Shown here: piece after piece, positions 20,616 to 29,728 of the stretch
Numbering within the stretch: the stretch's first letter is position 1
Layout of the letters: every line of letters starts with the position of its first letter
Assembly: GCA_945888375.1 (NCBI GenBank)
Contig: CAMCZZ010000007.1
Span: forward strand, 689-64,688
Direction of reading: 5' to 3'
Source of the DNA: Akkermansia muciniphila
Lineage (GTDB): Bacteria; Verrucomicrobiota; Verrucomicrobiia; Opitutales; Opitutaceae
Length of the DNA stretch: 64,000 bases
Notes under the pieces: model-generated
Database searches by the model: none
The model's input: only the letters and a program-made list of their open reading frames with translations
Told to the model about the DNA's origin: nothing
Program-made: the position numbers and the translations under genes

Positions 20616-21983
20616 TCATCGCGCCCACGCTCCGCGAAAGCGGGTGAGCGCGGGCCGGTGGTGGCCGTTCATGCCGGTCGGCACGCGGGTTGATGCAAAG
20701 GCTCCCCAACCCGCACCGGGGTTGCGCTGGGCGGCATGGATGGCGAGTGCGAGCGCGGTGGAGCGGTCGGCGTGACCGTCGGCGGTGCGAGCGGCGGCGT
20801 AGCGGATGGTGCCGCCGGGGCTGACTATGCGTTGCATGCTGCCGAGGTCGTCACGGATGACGGCGGCGGCGGGCAGCGCGACGGTGCGAGCCTGCATGGA
20901 TTTCTTGAGCCGCTCGAACAGCTCGCGCTTGCGGTCGCCGGTGAAGGTGACGCCCTCCAAGCGGGTTTCGTCGAGCGCGGCGGCGAGGTGTTCGCTCACC
21001 GGGCCACCGATGCCGGTCGCGTCGATGGCGGTGAACGCTGCGGCCATGACGCGCGGGGCGAGGATGGCCTCTTGCTGAGGGAATGGAATGCGGTCGAGAA
21101 CCAGCACCTCGCGGGTGATGAGTGGGCCGCCGGGCAAACGCTCCAACGTCCAGGCGACGGTAAGGTCGCGTTTGCGGCCAACGTCGATGCCGACGAAGAG
21201 CGCGGGACGGATGCGTGACTCGCGCGAAAACAATTCTTCGGGCGCGTCGAGGGTGGCGTCGTCGGACTCGCAGGCGCGGACAAGATCGGCCGGGAACACC
21301 TGAGACGAGTGCTCCATGAACTGACACTCGAACTCCTGCGCCCAACCGTCGGGATCGGCGAGATTAGCCCGGAGTTCCTCGATGTTGAGCGCGAGGCCGC
21401 TCGCGACGGCGTCGTAAACCGTGGTCTTGTGGCGGGAGAAAGCCGGGGCGTGTTCCCAAAGGTCGAAATACTTGTTGTTGCGACCGGCGGGCGTGGAGAT
21501 GACGCGCAGCTTCAACGCACCGCGCAGTGGGTTGGAGATGATCGGATAAACCGCGCGCCAGATTTCCTCGGGGTTCTCGTGAAACGCGAACTCGTCGAGG
21601 ACGAGGTTGGCGGAGTAGCCGCGTGCGGTGGCGGGGTTCGCCGGGAGAGCGAGGACGCGGGCACCGTTGGGAAAACGAAGCTGCGACTTCTGCACCTCGG
21701 GCCGGTATTCTTTTCCGGTGGAGTAGCTGATGGCGTCGCAGAAGATGGACGCGGCACGTTGCACCTTGTCCATGAACTCAAGGGCCTGCCGTTCGCCCGC
21801 GCTGAGAATTACCCAGTCGCCGCCGGTTTCGAGCGCGTCGGCGACGACCTCGAATGACGCCGCGAGCGAGCCGCCGATCTGGCGGGACTTGAGCCAGATT
21901 TTGAAACGGGCGTCGTCTCGAACCCACGCGAGTTGGTAGGGCAAGAGAAGATCGAGGGGCGTGACCTTGAGCTTCTTGCTCAT
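20616..21983 (-). CDS. terL: Terminase large subunit
   Basis: ATG at 21983 overlaps the terS stop (ATGA). 455 aa. ATPase N-terminal region (PYQLAWVRDDARFKIWLKSRQIGGSLA, Walker-A-like), LVLDEFAF Walker B, and a C-terminal RNase-H-like nuclease region. Confidence 0.75.
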   Translation of the reverse strand: MSKKLKVTPLDLLLPYQLAWVRDDARFKIWLKSRQIGGSLAASFEVVADALETGGDWVILSAGERQALEFMDKVQRAASIFCDAISYSTGKEYRPEVQKSQLRFPNGARVLALPANPATARGYSANLVLDEFAFHENPEEIWRAVYPIISNPLRGALKLRVISTPAGRNNKYFDLWEHAPAFSRHKTTVYDAVASGLALNIEELRANLADPDGWAQEFECQFMEHSSQVFPADLVRACESDDATLDAPEELFSRESRIRPALFVGIDVGRKRDLTVAWTLERLPGGPLITREVLVLDRIPFPQQEAILAPRVMAAAFTAIDATGIGGPVSEHLAAALDETRLEGVTFTGDRKRELFERLKKSMQARTVALPAAAVIRDDLGSMQRIVSPGGTIRYAAARTADGHADRSTALALAIHAAQRNPGAGWGAFASTRVPTGMNGHHRPALTRFRGAWAR

Positions 21984-22501
21984 GGTGACGCTTCCTTGGC
22001 CGGGGGCGCGGGCTCGACGGCACCGAGGCGTGAGCGCCAATCGCGCATGATGTCTTTTTCGCGGTCGGCGGTGATGTTGACTTGGGTGGCGACAACCGTG
22101 GCCGGTTTGTCGGAATAGACCTCCGGCTTATGGGCCTTCAGAAAGAAGATGAGACAGGCGTCGGAGTAGCGGCGGCGTTCTCCGCACAGCTGGCCCTTCG
22201 CGTCGAAAACCGGCTCCGTCCAACCGTCGATGCCACGGCGTTTCAACTCTTGTTCGGCATCCTCGATGCGAGACGCGTTCCGCACGCGGTCGCGTTCGAG
22301 CTGGGCGGATTGGAGCACCGGCACAAGATCGGGCTGGCGCTGCAAGTGGCGGTAGAACGTGGAATGGTCGATACCCTGCTTCTCGATTGCGGTCGCAGTC
22401 GGTGCGCCGTCGCGGATGTCGGCCACGACTCGCTCGAACAAGGCCGTGCTGAACTTGGACAGCCGTCCGGGTTTGTCGGACTTGGGAACCGTGATGGGCA
22501 T
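21980..22501 (-). CDS. terS: Terminase small subunit-like DNA-binding protein
   Basis: 173 aa with an N-terminal HTH-like segment and the RRYSDACLIFFLKAHKPEVY motif common in small terminases. Immediately upstream of and coupled to terL. Confidence 0.55.
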   Translation of the reverse strand: MPITVPKSDKPGRLSKFSTALFERVVADIRDGAPTATAIEKQGIDHSTFYRHLQRQPDLVPVLQSAQLERDRVRNASRIEDAEQELKRRGIDGWTEPVFDAKGQLCGERRRYSDACLIFFLKAHKPEVYSDKPATVVATQVNITADREKDIMRDWRSRLGAVEPAPPAKEASP

Positions 22502-24099
22502 TCCCGGCGCGGGGTGTCAATCGGTGCGCGCGGGCGAATTTGGCGACGGTCTAAAACGCGCGTGAACAGTTGGGGTTGCAGTGGCGGGCGTCAGCCCGCC
22601 GCAACGAGTGGGCGGCTTCCGCCGCCGCCGAGGCGCAGGAGGGCCGACGCGCGGCTCGGCGCGCCCGGCCCGACGGAGGCGGAGCCCGTCGCCCGCTGGT
22701 TCGGCGCGAAGCGCGCGGGCGACCGGGCGGAGCAGCGCGCCAGAGGCGCGCAAGCCCGCCGCCGGCCAGCGAAGCTAGGCCGGGCGGGACGGGCGGGGCC
22801 ACCGCCCTGCTTGGGTGGCGGGGGGAAGCTCCCCAGTGAACGAGCGAAGCGAGAGAACGATGGGGGCGCGTGGCGACGGCAGAACAGACGATGGCTTGCG
22901 AGCGAGGTGGCAGCGGGGACAAGGCACCGCCAACGGACGGCCAGGGCGGGCGCGGGGGAACCTATCATTGCGCGAAGCGCCGCTAGAATCTTCGTCGAAG
23001 GGCGGCGAAGCCGCGGTGACCTTGATTCGCGCGCCGCAGACTGGAGAGGCCCGAAGCTCGCCGCCGGCCCGAGCGCACTACTCCACCTTATGTCGAAAAT
23101 GCCTCCGGCGGGTGCCCTGACAGGGTGCCGGACATGCTCCGAAGGAGGGCATCTTCGGTATAAGGTAAGTAGTGCGCGGAGGGGAAAGCAGGTCGCATGA
23201 CGGCAGAGCGGGACGAGAAGGGTTCACCGACATGACTCGGACGATGGACGCGGGACACGACGCAGCCCGAGCGCGGGGGGCTGCCGCAGTGCCAGCGCCT
23301 TCGCCGTGAGGGAGGAGAACCCGGATCGCCTGCTATGCGGGCGGGCGACCTGCCCGGTGGCGAGCGGAGGGCTTTCCGCTTATTGGCGCGCGTTCGCGTT
23401 GGGTCGTGAGTGAGCTTTGCGAACGAACCGCACACCTTGTTCGAGGGGCGTTGTTCCGCCCCGAGCATCAAAGCCCCCGGCGCATGAGGCGGAACCGAGC
23501 GAGCTTTGCGAGCGGGGGCCGGAGTCGTTGTGGCCCGGCGAGTCTGCGGCGCTCGGTGAGCACCCGCCTTGGCGGGCGCGGAATCGAGTGACGCTGTCTC
23601 GACGCGCTGGAATTGGTTTGGGGCGGGAGACGTTGTGAGCCGGACAGTCGAGCAGTCGGTGACGGTCGGGCGACTGGAATGAAGCGGAGGGCGGACGTGG
23701 AGCCGAAGGTGCGACGGCGACGCCGGGTCGGGGATCAGCCGCGACGACCGCAGCCCCGTTCGCGAAGCGAGACGGCGCGGTTCTCGGCTCGACGAGATCC
23801 GTGACGGCAGGGGCGAAGGGCGTTGCGGCCCCCGACTGGGCGGAGTCGGCGCACCGTAGGCGGAACGGTAGCGCGGAGCGGAATGGAGGGAGGCCGAGCG
23901 GCACCGTCTGCGGGCGAATTGTCGAGGACGTGGCGACGGAGCGCGTTAGCGGCGTTCGCCAAGGGAGCGGAGCGACCGCAGGCGTTGAGGGTAGCGACCA
24001 ACGGGAGCGGGCGAAGGAGGACGGCGAGGCGTGTTGTTGGGGGGAGTGGCGAAGACGCGGGAGCGATACGCCAAGCGAACGGAGTGAGCGCAGGCGTTG
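22502..24099. other. 1.6 kb ORF-free, purine-skewed, hairpin-rich region: candidate large ncRNA, pac/cos region, or regulatory region of the island
   Basis: All six frames give only Arg/Pro/Ala/Gly-rich nonsense ORFs that overlap each other. One hand-counted line had 28 G vs 13 C on the plus strand. Short motifs recur (GAGCTTTGCGA x2, GCAGGCGTTG x2, GCGAAGCG-type) and there are many GC hairpins. Confidence 0.4.
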
Positions 24100-24618
24100 T
24101 CAGGCGGCGAGGTCGTCGTGGAGCTTCTTGAACCAAGCGAGTTCGTTGCGGAGGAGACGGCGGGCTTGAGGCGACCATTTCGACAAGGGCTCTTCCTCGA
24201 TGCGTTGATGGAACCAGCGGCGGAATTGGTCGAGGCCACGAACGTAGTTTACGGTCGGGGTGTTGGCGTCGGGTTCGCGACGTTGACGGGGCGAATCCGG
24301 CAATACCCCCGTGGCCATGTAGGCTTGGCGGAGACCGGCGGCGTCATCGAGCACGGTGTCGGGCGCGTGCTTGGCGAGCTTCATGTAGCGGCGGGCGGTC
24401 GGGGCGGAGATGGCGGGACAATGGGCGGCCAGCCAGTCCTGCCAGGTGCCATGTGGGAGGGCATCCTTTTGGAGATTGAGGAGGCGACCACATTCGAGGG
24501 CGCGGGCGACGGCTTGGCGGGCGTTAAGGGTGGCAGCGGCGGCGGTAGCGCTGACCTCGGAAAAGGCGGCGTTGATCTCGGGGGCGAGATTGAGGGAGAG
24601 GGCGGAATCAGTGGACAT
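24100..24618 (-). CDS. DUF3102-like phage/plasmid protein
   Basis: 172 aa. CGRLLNLQKDALPHGTWQDWLAAHCPAISAPTARRYMKLAKH matches the characteristic DUF3102 core. Confidence 0.55.
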   Translation of the reverse strand: MSTDSALSLNLAPEINAAFSEVSATAAAATLNARQAVARALECGRLLNLQKDALPHGTWQDWLAAHCPAISAPTARRYMKLAKHAPDTVLDDAAGLRQAYMATGVLPDSPRQRREPDANTPTVNYVRGLDQFRRWFHQRIEEEPLSKWSPQARRLLRNELAWFKKLHDDLAA

Positions 24619-25387
24619 GATGGGCGGTGGATTTGAGTTTTGAGAGGTGGTTTAGGCGGGACTTGCGATAGGACTGGCGGGCGCGTTTTGAACGCATCCC
24701 CCGTGAGGGAGGGAGGGCGAAGGTCTGCGACCACTGAACGACGAGGCGGGAAAACGCGGCTCGGGTGACGCCGTGGCGCTTGGCGAGGGCGGTCTCGCTC
24801 AAGCCCTCGATGTCCATGAGGCCCGAGGCGAAACATGCGGCGTCGAAGGCGAGGAGCGGATTGGGGTGGGCTCGGATGCGGGCACAGAACGAGGCGAGGA
24901 TGTCACCGGCCGCGAGGTAGCCCCCCGGTGTTGGGGAGGAGTCGGCGGCGGGAGTGGGAGTGGCGGAGGTGACGGACTGGGCGGCTTGCTTCGCGGCGAA
25001 GGCGCGTTCGTCGTCCTCCTCTACCTGGTCGTCGGGCTGTATGTCCGGCGACTCGGTCAACTCCATGACCGTCTCGTCGTCGTGCTGGGAGGTGTGGCGC
25101 TTGGTGTCGGGCTCGCCGAGACCTTGGGCGGCGAGGCGGGCGCGTTCATCAGGCGGGAGGGTGGCGAGCCAATCGCGGTAGGCGGTGGCGTATTCGGCAT
25201 CCCGTGCGTCCTGAAGATCGGCGGCGGAGAGCTGTTTTGCTCGTAACGATGAGACATGACTTTTCTTTGAGCCCCCAACCCCGACCCTCCGGCCCCTACA
25301 TATAGGGGCCTCGGGGTTCGGGGTAAGGTTAGGGGCGGAACCCCGAATCGGGGTCGAATCGGGGTTAGCTCGGGGTTCGGGGTTCAT
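24608..25387 (-). CDS. Hypothetical protein with C-terminal HTH (sigma-70 region 4-like). The 5' part overlaps the iteron cluster.
   Basis: ATG at 25387 overlaps the helicase stop (ATGA). No other canonical start occurs in frame until Met108. C-terminal LSETALAKRHGVTRAAFSRLVVQW is HTH-like. The start remains uncertain. Confidence 0.45.
   Translation of the reverse strand: MNPEPRANPDSTPIRGSAPNLTPNPEAPICRGRRVGVGGSKKSHVSSLRAKQLSAADLQDARDAEYATAYRDWLATLPPDERARLAAQGLGEPDTKRHTSQHDDETVMELTESPDIQPDDQVEEDDERAFAAKQAAQSVTSATPTPAADSSPTPGGYLAAGDILASFCARIRAHPNPLLAFDAACFASGLMDIEGLSETALAKRHGVTRAAFSRLVVQWSQTFALPPSRGMRSKRARQSYRKSRLNHLSKLKSTAHHVH
25277..25383. repeat. Iteron cluster plus AT-centred palindrome: candidate replication origin of the island
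   Basis: TCGGGGT occurs 6 times in direct orientation (25311, 25318, 25348, 25359, 25370, 25377) and twice inverted (ACCCCGA at 25278 and 25340). The palindrome GGCCCCTA-CATA-TAGGGGCC is at 25291..25310. The cluster lies immediately 3' of the helicase gene. Confidence 0.5.
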
Positions 25388-26475
25388 TGGCCGCCTCCTT
25401 TCACGTAAAGGCCTTTTCCGGCCCAGCGGATGACCCCCAGGCGTTTCATGTCCTTGATCCGTTTTTCTATCGTGCTGGGAACCCCGCCTCGTGCGGATTT
25501 GATGGCCTCCCCAAGTTCCTTCCATCGAAGTTCTGTGCGATTGGCGAAAACCTCATCGGCAATCTCGATCAACTCGGCCCGTCGTTTGTCGTCGGCGGAG
25601 GCAGCCTTGGACTCGGTGCTCAGGAACATTTCCTCCTCGTGGTTCCATTTGAACCGAGGAGCTTTTTCGGCGGTGATTTCCTGCCGCCGCGCGGGTTTGC
25701 AGAGGATCGTGATGATGTCCTCCTCCTTGCGGAGGTTGAAAACGGACTCGGCCTTGCGCTCGATCTGGCTACCCAAGTGACCGCGTGATTTCTCGGAGCC
25801 GGGGTTGAGGTGGAGGGCGACGATGATGACGCAACGGGTCTCGGTCGCGAGTTTGTGGAGCGTGTCCACAGTGGCCGTGGCCTCCTCAAGCGAGTTAACG
25901 TCGAGAGCTAGGTCGGCGACACCATCAATGAAGATTGCAGAGAGGCCACCCGGCTCGGCGGCGGCTTTGCGGGCCATGTGACAAACCGCAATCAAACGGT
26001 CGGCGGGGGATTCTAGCAAAAGGGAGTAGCTGGCGAAACGAGACGGTGCTTGCTCCAGTCCGGCGCGGCGGAGCACGGAAGACATCAAGCGGAAGTGGTC
26101 GCCACGAGATTGCTCAGTGTCGAAAACCAGAATGCTCCCCGTGACCGCAGGATTAGCGGTGAAGCCGAGGTAGTCGCGGGAGGCGTCGCCGATAAGCCCA
26201 CCCATCATTGCCGCCATCGTGGAGGACTTGCCGGATTTGAGGGCTGCGACCACGACGGCGAGGTTACCGGCGTGGAGGCACTCGATGTCGGCTAGCTTGT
26301 AAATCCAAGGCTCTACGGGAGGCGGATTATTGGGGTCGAAACGGGTAGATTCGATTCGAGCAATCAGCTGCTCCTTGAAAGTTTTTTCCTTATCGGCATC
26401 CGTGAACGCGGAACGACGTTCGTCTATGGCGGACGGGGAAGACGGTTTGGGAGAATAGGGTTTCGCAGGCATCAC
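25384..26475 (-). CDS. RecA-fold replicative helicase / AAA_25-type ATPase with C-terminal winged-helix
   Basis: Walker A (AALKSGKSSTMAAMM), Walker B-like (AIFIDGVADL), VIIVALHLNPG. Coupled (ATGA) to the upstream primase gene, a pairing typical of primase-helicase modules in satellites and integrative elements. Confidence 0.65.
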   Translation of the reverse strand: MMPAKPYSPKPSSPSAIDERRSAFTDADKEKTFKEQLIARIESTRFDPNNPPPVEPWIYKLADIECLHAGNLAVVVAALKSGKSSTMAAMMGGLIGDASRDYLGFTANPAVTGSILVFDTEQSRGDHFRLMSSVLRRAGLEQAPSRFASYSLLLESPADRLIAVCHMARKAAAEPGGLSAIFIDGVADLALDVNSLEEATATVDTLHKLATETRCVIIVALHLNPGSEKSRGHLGSQIERKAESVFNLRKEEDIITILCKPARRQEITAEKAPRFKWNHEEEMFLSTESKAASADDKRRAELIEIADEVFANRTELRWKELGEAIKSARGGVPSTIEKRIKDMKRLGVIRWAGKGLYVKGGGQ

Positions 26476-27506
26476 GAGTTTTCCTTGGATAGGCCCTCGA
26501 ACACATCGGCTGGGCAGTTGAGGGATTCCCCGTCAGTGGCGGCGAGGAGGTCGGCGAGATCCTTGATGGGTGCGTCGAAGGTGAAGCCGTCCACGGTGGC
26601 CCCGGCCTCCATGAGTTGAGCCGCCCAACGCTGGCCGGCATCGGAACCGGCGGCGTCGGCGTGCTCGAAGATTCTGACGTGCTTACCGGCGAAAAGCGGT
26701 AGGGCGTCGGGATGAATTGAAGCGGTGGCACCGGGGACGCAGACGACCGCAACCGTGGCGGCGCGTTTGGCGAGCCAAGCGAGGGTGTGGGCGGCAAGGA
26801 AATCAGGAGAACCCTCGCAAAAGAGAACGAGACGGCGGTCGCCGATGTCGGCTGCACCGATGGGCCAACCGGCGATGCTTCCCCCCAGCGTCCAGGCCTT
26901 GGCCTTGTTCCACGCCCACGGCTGGCCGTCCATGCGACGGACTTGGATAGAGCGACGGGCTGAATCGGTGATCGCCCAGGCCGGACGGGAAACCCCGTCG
27001 TCGGTCATGGTGCAACGGTGGAGTAGGCCACGCTGAGTGGCGATTTCGAGCCCGGCAAAAACCGGCCAACCTCGCACGCGCTGAATCTCCGCCAGGTCGC
27101 CGACCGTGGGAACGGTGAAGGCAGGGATGCGGAGAGGCTTTTTGGGCTGGGTGGGACGCGGAGCGGTCGGCGAAGGGGCGAGCGCGGCGATGCGGATCAG
27201 CTCGCGGGCAGCGTCGGCGGCGGAGCAGCCGAGAAGCCGCATGATGACGCCGATGGAGTCGAATGACTCCCCGGTCGCGAAGTCATGCGCGACCATGCCA
27301 TCGGGTCGGATAGAGAAGGAGGGCTTCTTGTCCTCTCTGAACGGGGATGAGATTAGCTGTCGGTCGGTCGCATCGAGAAGCCCGTAGGCTCTCAAGATGA
27401 CGAAGATCGTGGTGGTGGCTTTGGCCCGTTCGAGGGCGGAGGGAGGTGAAGAGGAGGAGGGCTGACGCATTTCTGGCTCAGGCATCTCCATCCCGCGACT
27501 CGGCAC
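26472..27506 (-). CDS. DNA primase (Toprim-domain, phage/plasmid type)
   Basis: The N-terminal segment ISSPFREDKKPSFSIRPDG is typical of primase zinc-binding-like regions. A Toprim-like acidic block is present (LVLFCEGSPDFLAAH ... VRIFEHADAAG). The start could be a few codons downstream. Confidence 0.6.
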   Translation of the reverse strand: MPSRGMEMPEPEMRQPSSSSPPSALERAKATTTIFVILRAYGLLDATDRQLISSPFREDKKPSFSIRPDGMVAHDFATGESFDSIGVIMRLLGCSAADAARELIRIAALAPSPTAPRPTQPKKPLRIPAFTVPTVGDLAEIQRVRGWPVFAGLEIATQRGLLHRCTMTDDGVSRPAWAITDSARRSIQVRRMDGQPWAWNKAKAWTLGGSIAGWPIGAADIGDRRLVLFCEGSPDFLAAHTLAWLAKRAATVAVVCVPGATASIHPDALPLFAGKHVRIFEHADAAGSDAGQRWAAQLMEAGATVDGFTFDAPIKDLADLLAATDGESLNCPADVFEGLSKENS

Positions 27507-27541
27507 CGGCCGTTGCCGCTAGATGGATTTGCCTTCCCAGC

Positions 27542-29728
27542 TCAGGCGCTACTTCCCGCGTAGCGGGGAGCTACTTTTGGCGTAGCGGCTGGATGTGCGG
27601 CGACCAAGGAAGGCGGATCGAAGGCCCAAGAAACATACGGCTCGGGGTCGTAACAATTCTCAACGCCGAGGCGTAGTAGCTTCCGGTTGGCCAAGTGGTT
27701 CGCGAGTGCTTCGTCGTGCTCCCGAATCTCGTCGATAGTTCGGTCGATATTGTTTCGGAGCGCGTCACGCTCCCGCTTTCGAAGATCCTGAAGTTTTCGG
27801 CTTTTGCCGTCGGGGCCTACGTCTTTCCGCACGCGGCGTAATACGTCATCCATCACTTCTTCAATCCGTGCGGCTTCCTCCGGGTTGTTGAACTCTTTCG
27901 CATCACTTAGCAGGTCTCGGAGCTTGCTGAGCTCGTTTCGGTAACTCGCGATTGCGGTCTCATCCACCGCAGCGCCTCCGTCGGCCATCGGTAAACCGTG
28001 GGTCATGGCAAAACCGCTGGTGATCAATTCCTGCTCTGAAATCTGCCCGTCCAAGGCCATGTCGCACGCATCCACGGCGACGGCCGACCGCACCTCTGAA
28101 ACGGATAGAATCTCGCTCTGGGAGCGGAGTATCCGGTGGAGGTAGGCGCAGCCCTTTTCGTGGTGCTGAATAGGGAACGATTTCCCGTTGCTGAAACGAA
28201 TCTCCCAGACGTTGCCGCGACGCCACATGTAGTTTGCGGGCAAGTCTGGAGTTGTTGCCAATGCGTCGGGCGCCTGTGCGGTCATTCGGGTGTCGGTTAC
28301 GATCCGGATGAGGCAGTCGCCGGGTAAGCGCCGGTGGACCACATCAAGGGCATGTTTCTTTACCAGCGATTCAAGTGCCCGCTCAATGTCGCGGCCGTGT
28401 CGTTTATGCAGGTCGAGAAAGCGCTGTGCAGCCTGATCGGGTGACTGGTTGGGAATATACGCGACCGCGCGACCCATTTGGGGGAAGCTAGCCAGCAACT
28501 CATTCTGGGAGGTTATCATGCTCAAGGTGCGAGCACGCTCGATGTAGCCGGCGGTGAGGATGCGGTCGGCGTCTCGGCTCGGGGCTTGGGTGAATATGTC
28601 GAACTTGTAGTGCGAGGCGGGATCGAGGTCCTCGGCACCGATCGCGAACATGGCGAGCCGCCGGTCCAGACACTGCGAGCAGAGCCCGCAATGGGTGTGT
28701 TCGTTCGTGCGCTCCCAAGTATGAGCACAACTGACGGAGCGAGCGATGAGTGGCCCTTTGCCGGCATCAACGATGCGCCTGACAACATCCGCCTTCGTGT
28801 GCCAGAGGTAGGGGTTTTCGACCGTGAAAGTGGCTTCGCTTAGCAACGAGAAGAGTTTTGAAAAGCCGGCGAGAACGCGGGGATGGGTAGTCCGTGTTGC
28901 CCGGCCGCCAACGACCTGGGCGCACAACGGGAGATTCAGGCTGATAACGCCGTTTTCGTAGAAACGCAGCGATTGAAGCCCGACCAGCTTGGCCACCGCC
29001 GCGCCTAGACAGGCGAAGAGGAAGGAGCGGGTTCGTTGGGTGTATTCCTTCCCGAGCGACTTCGCTTTGTTGACCTCCATGCCGACGTGGAGCGGCGGTG
29101 CGGAGGGTCCGGCAAGCTTTGCCAAGTCCTCGCGCAGCCTGCGAATAATACCGATGTTTTTGCTCGTGGGGATGTGGGTGACGAACGCCACGTGGTTTCG
29201 CTCCCGTTCGATCTCGTCGATGGCACCGGCCAAGGAATCTAGACCTCCGGAAAACATCGCGACTTGATTGAAGGGCGCGCCAGTTATTGCCGGAGCCTCA
29301 AGGCCAAGGTATTGCTGTAGCGGCACGGGCTTCTTGGCCGGGTAAAAGTGGAACGTGAAAAAGTGGTCACCCAAAAAGCCCAAGAGATCCGAGAGAGTTG
29401 CTGTGACTTCGGGCCGTTTCCAGAAGTCAGGGCACCGGACCGGAAGGTGAAAGCGTAGTGATTGACGCCACTGCGCACCGAAAGTATCGGTATCCTGGCA
29501 AGAGCGTCGGACGGCTTGATCGGCGGCGTAAACGTAGGCGGCTATTTCGATGAGGTCATGGTAGACCGGGGGCAGTGAGCACGAGACGGATTGAGGCAGG
29601 GCCTCGATGCGGAGGTTCACTTTTTCCTCGGGCGGGCCGTGGAGCAAATGCAAGCGAATGGCATCATCCTCGTTCGTCTTGGCCGGTGCGGTCAGCCCGC
29701 CGCATAGGATGACGTTGTTAGTTCGCAT
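27542..29728 (-). CDS. Large QueC-like PP-loop ATPase (QatC/Cap9-like core) with unassigned N- and C-terminal extensions
   Basis: ATG at 29728 (MRTNNVILCGG). PP-loop SGGLDS within MFSGGLDSLAGAIDE. QueC-type Cys cluster HTHCGLCSQCLDRRL. 728 aa, against ~230 aa for housekeeping QueC. Overlaps the upstream gene by 11 nt. Confidence 0.65.
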   Translation of the reverse strand: MRTNNVILCGGLTAPAKTNEDDAIRLHLLHGPPEEKVNLRIEALPQSVSCSLPPVYHDLIEIAAYVYAADQAVRRSCQDTDTFGAQWRQSLRFHLPVRCPDFWKRPEVTATLSDLLGFLGDHFFTFHFYPAKKPVPLQQYLGLEAPAITGAPFNQVAMFSGGLDSLAGAIDEIERERNHVAFVTHIPTSKNIGIIRRLREDLAKLAGPSAPPLHVGMEVNKAKSLGKEYTQRTRSFLFACLGAAVAKLVGLQSLRFYENGVISLNLPLCAQVVGGRATRTTHPRVLAGFSKLFSLLSEATFTVENPYLWHTKADVVRRIVDAGKGPLIARSVSCAHTWERTNEHTHCGLCSQCLDRRLAMFAIGAEDLDPASHYKFDIFTQAPSRDADRILTAGYIERARTLSMITSQNELLASFPQMGRAVAYIPNQSPDQAAQRFLDLHKRHGRDIERALESLVKKHALDVVHRRLPGDCLIRIVTDTRMTAQAPDALATTPDLPANYMWRRGNVWEIRFSNGKSFPIQHHEKGCAYLHRILRSQSEILSVSEVRSAVAVDACDMALDGQISEQELITSGFAMTHGLPMADGGAAVDETAIASYRNELSKLRDLLSDAKEFNNPEEAARIEEVMDDVLRRVRKDVGPDGKSRKLQDLRKRERDALRNNIDRTIDEIREHDEALANHLANRKLLRLGVENCYDPEPYVSWAFDPPSLVAAHPAATPKVAPRYAGSSA

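Noticed and set aside
22082-24239. Multiple 60-370 aa ORFs on both strands within the 1.6 kb region (e.g. 22082..23200 +, 23380..23904 -, 23801..24169 +)
   Set aside because: They overlap each other in all frames, are Arg/Pro/Gly/Ala-rich, and have no motifs or plausible starts. The region is treated as non-coding. A decayed gene cannot be fully excluded without homologues.
25057-25278. 73-aa Pro-rich minus-strand ORF starting at an ATG just after the iterons
   Set aside because: It is out of frame with the well-behaved downstream sequence (AEYATAYRDWLATLPPDERARL) and has a low-complexity Pro/Ser/Thr translation.
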